Assembly: GCF_013149785.1 (NCBI RefSeq) | Contig: NZ_JABEZU010000004.1 | Location: 310,001 to 374,000 of the forward strand | Reading direction: 5' to 3' | From: Isoptericola halotolerans | Lineage (GTDB): Bacteria; Actinomycetota; Actinomycetes; Actinomycetales; Cellulomonadaceae | DNA length: 64,000 nt | Shown: piece by piece, positions 28,237-36,275 of the stretch | Layout of the letters: the number at the start of each line of letters is the position of its first letter | Position numbering within the stretch: position 1 is the first letter of the stretch | The notes under the pieces: model-generated | Told to the model about the DNA's origin: nothing | What the model saw: the letters and a program-made list of their open reading frames with translations, nothing else | Database searches by the model: none | Program-made: the position numbers and the translations under genes

Positions 28237-31188
28237 ATGGGCGAGGCTCGAGGCGCGACAGCACGGGCGTACGGCGCCTTCCTGCGCTGGAGCTGGGCCA
28301 CCGGGGCCGCCTTCCTCGTGATCGCCGTCATCCTCGCCGGACCCTTCGCTGCGTCCCTGCGCGAGATGACCTCCTGGACAGCCCTGGTGGTGGCCGCCAT
28401 CCTGGCGTCGTTGAGCTGTGGCTGGCGTGCCGCCCGCTCGACGGGGCGCCGTCGCCGCGCCTGGGGGGCGCTCTCGCTCGGTGGCGCCGTCGGCCTCCTG
28501 GGCAACGTGTACGCCGGCGTCGTCGGCGACCCGGCGACGGGCGACATCGCCTACATCGCCGCGCTGCTGCTCGGCATCTTCGGCCTCGCCTCCTTCCCCA
28601 CCGTGCGCCCGCGCGGCCAGGAGGTCGTGCGGATGCTGCTCGACGGCGTCGTGGTCGGCGGGTCCGTGCTGTACATCGCCGTCTTCGCCGTCGTCCTCGG
28701 CGAGCGCGACTTCTCCGCGGAACCGGCCCTGAGCGCCTACGTCCTGCCGGTGGTCGACGCGCTGCTCGCCACTCTCGCCGTGCTGGTCATGACCCGCTCC
28801 AGCGCCGGGGAACGGGTACCGCTGGCGCTCGTCGGTGGCGGGTTCGTGCTCTTCGCCGTCTCCGACGTCTCGTTCGCGCTCGTCTCCGCCACGGGCGGCT
28901 TCGCGTTCGGCAGCCCCGTGGACCTGGGCTGGGTCGGCGGGTACACCGCCATCGCCGTGGCCGCCCGGCACCCGGCGGCGTCCGGCAGCCCGGTCGACAC
29001 CCGACGGCGGGACGGCTCGCCGGTGCTCGGGACCGTCGTGACGTTCCTGCTGTTCCTCGCCGCCGCGCTCGTCCGCGTCGTCCAGTCGGGGGCGAACTTC
29101 CCCTGGGTGGCGAACGCCCTGTGGATCGCCGTGCTGGTGGCCGTCGTGGCACGGCAGATCCTCGTGGTCGTGGACAACGAGTCGCTGCGCCACGGCCTCG
29201 AACGACGGGTCGAGGAACGCACCGCACAGCTGCGCGCGCTCGCCGGAGAACGCGAGCGCACCCTCGAGTCGGTCGCGGACGGCATCTACGGCGTCGACGC
29301 CGCGGGCCTGCTGACCTTCGTCAACGCCGCCGGAGCCCGAACCCTCGGCGCCACCCCGGACGACCTGATCGGGCGCTCCGCGCACGGGACGTTCCACGCG
29401 CCGAAGTCCGACGGAACACCGTTCTCGGCCGAGGGGTGCTACATCACCGAGGCGGTGCGTGACGGCGTCACCACCACCTCCGAGCAGGACGTCTACCGGC
29501 GCCTGGACGGCAAGGTCGTCCCGGTCGAGGTCACCGCCAGCCCGCTGCGCGACGACGGCGTGATCCGCGGTGCCGTCGTCGTCTTCCGCGACGTCACCGA
29601 GCGCCGCGAGCTGGAACGCATCAAGGACGAGTTCGTCTCCGTCGTCAGCCACGAGCTGCGCACCCCCCTCACGTCGATCCGTGGCGCGCTGGGTCTCCTG
29701 GACAGCGGCGTGCTGCAGGAGACGCCCGAGAGGGCACGCCGCATGGTCCACATCGCCCTGACCAGCAGCGAGCGCCTGGGCCGGCTGGTGGACGACATCC
29801 TCGACATCGAGCGCATGACCGCCGGCACGACACCGCTGGAGCTGGCCGACCACGCGGTGGACGAGCTGGTGGCCACCGCGGTGGAGCAGGTCGTGATCCT
29901 CGCGGAGAACGCCGGGATCACCCTCGAGCACGTACCGTCCGACGAGCACGTCAGGGCCGACGCCGACCGGATCGTGCAGACCCTCGTCAACCTGTTGTCC
30001 AACGCGGTCAAGTTCTCCCCGGCCGGCAGCACCGTGCGCACCAGCGCCGCCCCGGTCGGAGACATGATCGAGGTGCGCGTCGACGACCCGGGGCGTGGGA
30101 TCCCGCCCGCGAAGCTGGAGGCCGTGTTCCGCCGCTTCGAGCAGGTCGACGCCTCCGACGCCCGCGAACGCGGCGGCACCGGGCTCGGCCTGCCCATCGC
30201 CCGCAGCATCGTCGACCGGCACGGCGGCCGGATCTGGGCCGTCAGCGACGGCGTGGGGACCGGGACGAGCGTGCGGTTCACGTTGCGGCGCGGCGGACGC
30301 TCCAGCGCTCGCCCCGGGACGGCACGACCCGGGAGCGCCCCCGCGGTGCGAGCCCCGCGGCCGACGGCGGTGCAGCGGGCCGGCGCGGACGGCCGGGACC
30401 GCCCCCGCGTGGTCGTCGTGGACGACGACCCGTACGTCGTGGAGGTGCTGAGCGCCCTGCTGGAGGACCGCGGGTACGAGGCCGTCGGCATCACCGACGG
30501 TCGTGCCGCCCTGGAGCTCGTCGCCGAGGAGCACCCCGCGGCGATCGTCCTCGACCTGGCGATGCCCGGTACGGACGGGGCGGAGGTGCTGGCCGAGCTG
30601 CGGCACGCCGCCGCGACGGCACGGGTCCCGGTCGTCGTGGTCTCGGGGACCGATCCGGCCGACGCCCGGGAGACGGCCGTGCTCGCCGACGGGTGGCTGG
30701 TCAAGCCCGTCGACCCGGCCCGGCTGCTGAGCACGGTGCGGGACGTGATCCGGCTGCGTCCCCACCACGAACGGATCCTGGTGGTCGAGGACGACGACGA
30801 CCTGCGCGGGGTCGTGGCCTCGGTGCTCGAGGGCGGCGGGCTGATGGTCACCCAGGCACGCACGGCCGGCGAGGCCCACGAGGCGCTGTCCGTCGTGCGA
30901 CCGGACCTGGTGGTGCTCGACCTGATGCTCCCGGACCGCCCCGGCCACGAGCTCGTGGAGGCGCTGCGGCGCGACGGCCGCCTGCAACGGGTACCGATCG
31001 TGGTCTACTCCGGTGCGCAGCTCGACGCGCGGGAGCGCGAGGACCTCCGTCGAAGCCGTACTGTCTTCCTGGCCAAGGAGCACGTGGCCCCGGAGCAGCT
31101 CCTCCACCCCGTGCTCGACCTCCTTGACGCCGTCGCCGGCCGACCCGGCGCCGATCCCCCCGACGACCCACCCTCGAGGACCTCATGA
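28237..31188 (+). CDS. Hybrid sensor histidine kinase (multi-TM sensor, PAS, HisKA, HATPase, two REC domains)
   Basis: About 9 TM helices; FVNAAG PAS; SHELRTPL; NLLSNAVKFS; GTGLGL; two REC domains, VLDLAMP and VLDLMLP. Confidence 0.95.
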   Translation: MGEARGATARAYGAFLRWSWATGAAFLVIAVILAGPFAASLREMTSWTALVVAAILASLSCGWRAARSTGRRRRAWGALSLGGAVGLLGNVYAGVVGDPATGDIAYIAALLLGIFGLASFPTVRPRGQEVVRMLLDGVVVGGSVLYIAVFAVVLGERDFSAEPALSAYVLPVVDALLATLAVLVMTRSSAGERVPLALVGGGFVLFAVSDVSFALVSATGGFAFGSPVDLGWVGGYTAIAVAARHPAASGSPVDTRRRDGSPVLGTVVTFLLFLAAALVRVVQSGANFPWVANALWIAVLVAVVARQILVVVDNESLRHGLERRVEERTAQLRALAGERERTLESVADGIYGVDAAGLLTFVNAAGARTLGATPDDLIGRSAHGTFHAPKSDGTPFSAEGCYITEAVRDGVTTTSEQDVYRRLDGKVVPVEVTASPLRDDGVIRGAVVVFRDVTERRELERIKDEFVSVVSHELRTPLTSIRGALGLLDSGVLQETPERARRMVHIALTSSERLGRLVDDILDIERMTAGTTPLELADHAVDELVATAVEQVVILAENAGITLEHVPSDEHVRADADRIVQTLVNLLSNAVKFSPAGSTVRTSAAPVGDMIEVRVDDPGRGIPPAKLEAVFRRFEQVDASDARERGGTGLGLPIARSIVDRHGGRIWAVSDGVGTGTSVRFTLRRGGRSSARPGTARPGSAPAVRAPRPTAVQRAGADGRDRPRVVVVDDDPYVVEVLSALLEDRGYEAVGITDGRAALELVAEEHPAAIVLDLAMPGTDGAEVLAELRHAAATARVPVVVVSGTDPADARETAVLADGWLVKPVDPARLLSTVRDVIRLRPHHERILVVEDDDDLRGVVASVLEGGGLMVTQARTAGEAHEALSVVRPDLVVLDLMLPDRPGHELVEALRRDGRLQRVPIVVYSGAQLDAREREDLRRSRTVFLAKEHVAPEQLLHPVLDLLDAVAGRPGADPPDDPPSRTS

Positions 31189-31688
31189 CCGACCCTCTGA
31201 CGATCCGTGTCAGCACCGGCACCGGCACCGGCCGGACCACCCTCGCGGCCTTCGACGCCGCCCTCGTCGCCGCCGGTGTCGGCGACTTCAACCTGGTCCG
31301 GCTGAGCTCGGTGGTCCCGCCGGGCAGCACGATCCTCGACGTGGACGCCGCAGGACAGCTGGCCGGGCAGCACGGCGACGCGCTCTTCTGCGTGTACGCC
31401 GAGGCCCACGCCTCCCTGCCGGGCCACGAGGCGTGGGCGGGCGTCGCCTGGTCACGGCGCGACGACGGCAGCGGCGCCGGCCTCTTCGTGGAGCACGAGG
31501 GCCCCTCGCACGAGCAGGTCGCGACCGACCTGACCCACAGCCTGGAGGACCTGTCGGCCACCCGCGGTGGCGCCTACCACCCCGAGGGCCGACGCGTCAC
31601 CGGCATCACCTGCGACACGCTGCCGGTGTGCGCCGTCGTCGTCGCGACCTTCCGGCGCGCCGGGTGGGAAGGTCTGGCCGATGGCTGA
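31185..31688 (+). CDS. Pyruvoyl-dependent arginine decarboxylase
   Basis: AFDAAL..AGVGDFNLVRLSSVVPP (Ser-Ser self-cleavage site) and GLFVE; ATGA overlap with the kinase. Confidence 0.88.
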   Translation: MTDPLTIRVSTGTGTGRTTLAAFDAALVAAGVGDFNLVRLSSVVPPGSTILDVDAAGQLAGQHGDALFCVYAEAHASLPGHEAWAGVAWSRRDDGSGAGLFVEHEGPSHEQVATDLTHSLEDLSATRGGAYHPEGRRVTGITCDTLPVCAVVVATFRRAGWEGLADG

Positions 31689-32220
31689 CGTCACGATCGA
31701 GCCCGTCGTCCAGGGGCCGGTCGCCGACCGCTTCTGGGAGCTGTACCTCGAGGCCTTCGAACCCCTGCGCACCCGTGCCGCCGCACGGCACGTGCTGCAC
31801 CGCGAGGAGTTCGACGACGAGATGGCCGACCCCCGCATCCTCAAGCTGCTCGCCCACGACGACGCCGGCGAGTCGGTCGGGCTGACCACGCTCGCGACCG
31901 ACCTCGCCGCCGTGCCGTGGGTCAGCCCGGAGTTCTTCGCCGCCCGGTACCCCGAGCACGCCGCCCGCGGAGCCGTCTGGTACGTCGGCTTCACCCTCGC
32001 CCACCCGGGGCGCCGGGCGACCCGCACCTTCATGGACATGATCGACGCGCTCGTCGCCCACCTGGCCGAGCACCGCGTGGTGTGCGCCTACGACGTCTCC
32101 CGGTTCAACGACGACGGCCTGCGGTTCGCCGACAACCTGCGCCGCCACCTCGAGCGCACCCAGGACGTCACCGTGGAGACGGTCGACCGGCAGACGTACT
32201 ACGCGACGACGTTCCACTGA
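31681..32220 (+). CDS. Hypothetical protein, probable GNAT-like fold
   Basis: LYLEAF helix, beta-hairpin ILKLLAHDDAGESVGL and VWYVGFTLAHPGRR (motif A-like); overlaps the decarboxylase stop. Confidence 0.6.
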   Translation: MADVTIEPVVQGPVADRFWELYLEAFEPLRTRAAARHVLHREEFDDEMADPRILKLLAHDDAGESVGLTTLATDLAAVPWVSPEFFAARYPEHAARGAVWYVGFTLAHPGRRATRTFMDMIDALVAHLAEHRVVCAYDVSRFNDDGLRFADNLRRHLERTQDVTVETVDRQTYYATTFH

Positions 32221-32716
32221 TTCCCGTGACGCTGCCGTAGGCGCGCTGGTGGTGCACGAGCGGGTCCGACGACGGGCCCTCCAGCACCTCCGACACCTGC
32301 ACGACGAACAGGTCGCTCGCCCCGACGTCGTGCACCGCGACGACCCGCCCCAGGAGGCTCCACCGGGCGCCGGGCACGTGCGGGCGGCCGGCACCCCCGG
32401 CGACGGTGCTCGCGTCCCAGCGCCCCGGGTCGCCCCGGCGCGCGTACCGGTCGGCGACATCCCCCTGCCCGGCGCCGAGCAGGTTCACCGAGATCTCCGG
32501 CGTCCGGCGCAGCGCCGCCAGCCGGGAGGAGCGGCGGTCGACGCAGAAGACCAGCAGCGGCGGGTCGAGCGACGCCGCGTTCACCGAGGTCACCGTCATC
32601 CCGCCCGTCCCGTCCGGCCCGGACCACAGGACCACCGAGACCGCCGCCGGCTGGTCGGCGAACACCGTGCGCAGCCCGGTCCCGAGGGAGACGAGCTCTT
32701 CCGGCGGGCTCGTCAC
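32168..32716 (-). CDS. Flavin reductase (HpaC-like)
   Basis: GMTVTSVNAASLDPPLL, SVNLL...Q..A.RYA, HDVGASDLFVVQV and PLVHHQRAY. Confidence 0.88.
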   Translation of the reverse strand: MTSPPEELVSLGTGLRTVFADQPAAVSVVLWSGPDGTGGMTVTSVNAASLDPPLLVFCVDRRSSRLAALRRTPEISVNLLGAGQGDVADRYARRGDPGRWDASTVAGGAGRPHVPGARWSLLGRVVAVHDVGASDLFVVQVSEVLEGPSSDPLVHHQRAYGSVTGISGTSSRSTSAGRPSPR

Positions 32717-34503
32717 GACGCGTCCACGAGCTGCCAGCCGGCCGCCTCCTGCTGCGTGGTCCACAGCCGTCGGTAGAGCCCGTCGACGGCGACGAGCTCG
32801 TCGTGGCGACCGCGCTGGACGACCCGGCCGCTCTCCAGGACGACGACGGCGTCGGCCTCGACGACGGAACGTAGCCGGTGCGCCACCACCACGACGGTGC
32901 GGGTCTCGGCGAGACGACGCAGCCCGGCGGTGATCGCCTCGTCGTGGACGGCGTCGAGCGAGGACGTCACCTCGTCGAGCACCAGCACCGGCGCCCCGGT
33001 GAGGACAGCGCGGGCCAGCGCCACCCGTTGCCGCTCGCCGCCGGAGAGCATCGAGCCGCGCGGCCCCACCGGGGCGTCCAGGCCACCGTCCCGGGTCGCG
33101 ACCAGCTCGGTCAGCCCTGCCTGCCCGACGGCGTCGAGCAGCTCGGCCTCGCTCGCCCTCGGCCGGCCCACCTGCAGGTTGTGCCGCAGCGAGCCGTCCA
33201 GCAGCACGCAGTCCTGTGGGACGACCGCCACGAGGTCGAGCAGCTGGTCGGCGGAGAACCGGCGCACGTCCGTGCCGGCGACGGTGACGACGCCCTGCGT
33301 CGCGTCGGCCGTGCGGGCGACCAGCATGGCCAGCGTGGTCTTTCCCGCCCCCGAGGGCCCGACCAGGGCGGTCATCCCCGGAGCGGAGACCTCCAGGTCG
33401 ACGTCCCGCACCGCCCACTCCGCGTCCGGGCCGTCGCCGTAGCGGTGCGAGACCCCCTGGAAGGCCACTGGCACGGCAGCACCCGGTCTACCGCCCGGCG
33501 CACCGTCGGGCAGCGGTACGCCGTCGTCCGCCGGAGCAGGCTGCCCGTGCCCGGCGTCCCGCGCCGCGGCGAACACCTCGTTGAGCTGCGCCAGGGAACG
33601 TCGGGTCATCCGCATCCCCGCGGCCAGCGCCGCGGCGGCGGAGACGGCGTCCACCACCCGCAGCCCCAGCACCAGCACCGCCAGCAGCTCGACGACACCC
33701 GTCGCGCCGTCCGCGAACCGCACCGCTGACACCCCGACCGCGACCAGGAAGACCGCCGTGGTGAGGAGCTCGTGCACCAGCACGGCGGGCACCGCCACCC
33801 GGATCAGCCGCCGGTCCGCGGCACGCTGCGCCACGAGGGTGTCGCCCAGCCGCCCGCGGTCCTGCGACAGCCTCCCGAAGGCGCGCAGCACCGGCTGCGC
33901 CCGGACGAACTCCAGGACGCGCTCCGCCGTCGTGTCGGCCAGGTGGTGCCGACCGCCGTCGGCCGCCGCCACCATCCGGTCGGTGAGCAGGATCGACGCC
34001 ACGAGCAGCGGCGTGCCCGCGAGGAGGACCAGGCCCACGACCGGGTCGACGACGAGCAGCCCGCCCACCAGGACGACCGGGGCCACCACCGCCGTCACCA
34101 GCGGGCGCAGGAAGTGCGCGGGGACGTTCATCGTGGCGGTCACCGTCCCCCCGGCGAGCCGCGCCACCTCACCGGACCGGCCGCGACGGAACCAGGACCG
34201 GGGCAGCCGGTCGACCGCCGCGGCGAGGCGGGCCTGGAGCGCCCGGCCGATGTCGGCACCCACCAGGAACGCTCCCCGCTGGACCAGGACCGAGACCGCC
34301 GTGGCGGCCAGGGCCACCACGATGAGCACGACGAGGGCTCGCAGGGGATCTGCGGCCGACGGCACGAGCACGGCGCGCAGCAGGGGGACGAGGCACAGCA
34401 GGGCGCCCGCCTGCAGCCCCGCGGCGAGGACCATCCACCCCACGAGGCGCAGCACCGGCCCGCGGTGCTGCGGTCCGAGGGCCTGGAACATCTCGGCGAT
34501 CAT
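32713..34503 (-). CDS. Fused ABC transporter (YbtQ/IrtB-like)
   Basis: TM domain plus GPSGAGKTT, LSGGERQR and LDEVTSSLD. Confidence 0.9.
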   Translation of the reverse strand: MIAEMFQALGPQHRGPVLRLVGWMVLAAGLQAGALLCLVPLLRAVLVPSAADPLRALVVLIVVALAATAVSVLVQRGAFLVGADIGRALQARLAAAVDRLPRSWFRRGRSGEVARLAGGTVTATMNVPAHFLRPLVTAVVAPVVLVGGLLVVDPVVGLVLLAGTPLLVASILLTDRMVAAADGGRHHLADTTAERVLEFVRAQPVLRAFGRLSQDRGRLGDTLVAQRAADRRLIRVAVPAVLVHELLTTAVFLVAVGVSAVRFADGATGVVELLAVLVLGLRVVDAVSAAAALAAGMRMTRRSLAQLNEVFAAARDAGHGQPAPADDGVPLPDGAPGGRPGAAVPVAFQGVSHRYGDGPDAEWAVRDVDLEVSAPGMTALVGPSGAGKTTLAMLVARTADATQGVVTVAGTDVRRFSADQLLDLVAVVPQDCVLLDGSLRHNLQVGRPRASEAELLDAVGQAGLTELVATRDGGLDAPVGPRGSMLSGGERQRVALARAVLTGAPVLVLDEVTSSLDAVHDEAITAGLRRLAETRTVVVVAHRLRSVVEADAVVVLESGRVVQRGRHDELVAVDGLYRRLWTTQQEAAGWQLVDAS

Positions 34504-36275
34504 GAACGCGCCTCCATCGGTTCGGCGTCGGCACCGGTGGCGCCGTCGTGCCCGTGCGCACGCCAGAGCGCCGCGTAGCGCCCGGCGTCGTCGGTCAGCA
34601 GCTCGTCGTGCGTCCCGCGCTGGACCACGCGCCCGTCGTCCAGGACGACGATCTGGTCGACGTGACGGACGGTGGACAGGCGGTGCGCCACCACCACGAC
34701 GGTGCGCCCGCGGGCCAGGTGCGACAGCGCCCGCTGCACGTGCGCCTCGGACTCGGCGTCGGCGTAGGCCGTCGCCTCGTCGAGGACGAGGACGGGGGTG
34801 TCGGCCAGCAGCGCCCGTGCGACGGAGATCCGCTGCGCCTCGCCCTGGGAGAACTCGACGTCGCGGCCGATCTCCGCGTCGTAGCCGCGCGGTTCCGCCA
34901 GGACCCGGTCGTGGATGCCGGCCGAGCGTGCCGCGGCGACCACGTCCTCGCGCCCGACGCCGGGGCGACCGCACGCGACGGCGTCGTGCACGCTGCCGCG
35001 CAGCAGGACGACGTCCTGGAAGACGAAGCCGACCCGTGCGTACAGCTGCTCCGTCGTCAGGTCGCGCAGGTCGACGCCACCGAGCGTGATGCGGCCGGAG
35101 TCGACGTCCTCGAACCGGGCCAGCAGCGCGGCCAGCGTCGACTTGCCCGCCCCCGAGGCGCCCACGACGGCGGTGACCGTCCCCGGCTCGCACCCGAACG
35201 ACACCTCGTGCAGCACGGGGCGCTCGGCGTCGTAGCCGAACGTCACGTCCTCCAGCCGCAGGCCGTGACCGTCCGGCTCCGCCGTCGCCCGGCCCGGGGT
35301 CGGCATCGTGGGCAGGTCCAGGACCTCCTGCACCGACGCGGCGGCCGCCATGCCGCTGCGCAGCGCCGGGAGCCTCGTCCCGACCGTGCTCACCGGGGCG
35401 GTGCACAACGGTGCCAGCACGACCGCGGGCACCAGCACGGGCACGACCGCCGCGACGTCCGTCAGCCCCGCCGCGACGAGCCCGACGGCGGTGAGCACCA
35501 CGACGAGGATCGCGGTGAGCGGCAGGGCGAGGACGAAGGCGACCGCCGTCGTCGTGCTGGTCTGCCCGACCCACGAGCGGAAGAAACCGTGGAAGTCCTC
35601 GCCGGCCTGCTCGAGCCGCCGTGCCTGACCGCCGCGGCGGGCGTAGAGACGCACCACGTCGATGCACTCCACCGTCTCGACCGCGGCCCCGTTGAGCTCT
35701 GCCATCCGGCGCCCGAACTCGGCCATCCGCTGCCCGGACCCGCGCATCGTGGCCTGGAACGTCCAGACCGCCACGACGACCAGCACGAGGAGCGGCAGCC
35801 CAAGGAGCGGCCGCGTGGCGAGCAGGTAGACGAGCACCGTCACCGGGACGGTCACGGCTCCCACGGCGTCGAGCAGCGCGTGCGCGACGAGGTGGTGCAT
35901 CGACCCGGTGTCGTCCTGCACCGCCTTCTTGACCCGGCCGGCGTCGGTACCGGCGAACCAGCCGAGCCGCACCCGGGAGAGTCGGTCCACCAGACGCGCC
36001 CGCAGCGAGAGCTGCAGGTCGCTGTCGGCCAGGTGGCTGACCGTCGTCGCCGCCCCGACCAGCACCGCGGCGGCGAGCAGCGCCGCACCGGCCCAGCCGA
36101 CGCTCGCCACGACCTCGGCACGGCCCACCGGAGACCCGCCCGTGGCCGCGTCGGCGGCCCGGGCGCCCAGCTCGGCCAGGACGATCAGCGCGACCGTCCC
36201 GACCACGCTCCCCGCCGCCTGCAGCACCGTCGCCGTGAGCAGCCTGCCCCGGACCGGCCCCAGTACCTGTCTCAC
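34500..36275 (-). CDS. Fused ABC transporter (YbtP-like)
   Basis: SHLAD..LQ..LR, VKKAVQDD...HHLVAH, GASGAGKST, FSQGEAQR and LDEATAYAD. Confidence 0.9.
   Translation of the reverse strand: MRQVLGPVRGRLLTATVLQAAGSVVGTVALIVLAELGARAADAATGGSPVGRAEVVASVGWAGAALLAAAVLVGAATTVSHLADSDLQLSLRARLVDRLSRVRLGWFAGTDAGRVKKAVQDDTGSMHHLVAHALLDAVGAVTVPVTVLVYLLATRPLLGLPLLVLVVVAVWTFQATMRGSGQRMAEFGRRMAELNGAAVETVECIDVVRLYARRGGQARRLEQAGEDFHGFFRSWVGQTSTTTAVAFVLALPLTAILVVVLTAVGLVAAGLTDVAAVVPVLVPAVVLAPLCTAPVSTVGTRLPALRSGMAAAASVQEVLDLPTMPTPGRATAEPDGHGLRLEDVTFGYDAERPVLHEVSFGCEPGTVTAVVGASGAGKSTLAALLARFEDVDSGRITLGGVDLRDLTTEQLYARVGFVFQDVVLLRGSVHDAVACGRPGVGREDVVAAARSAGIHDRVLAEPRGYDAEIGRDVEFSQGEAQRISVARALLADTPVLVLDEATAYADAESEAHVQRALSHLARGRTVVVVAHRLSTVRHVDQIVVLDDGRVVQRGTHDELLTDDAGRYAALWRAHGHDGATGADAEPMEARS

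Noticed and set aside
27380..31188. Chemotaxis (Che) system
   Set aside because: No CheW, MCP, CheR or CheB; the kinase is a class I HisKA type.
32168..32220. Left edge of the NRPS cluster as a mobile-island boundary
   Set aside because: Only a 53-bp convergent overlap; no tRNA, integrase, repeat or evident compositional shift.
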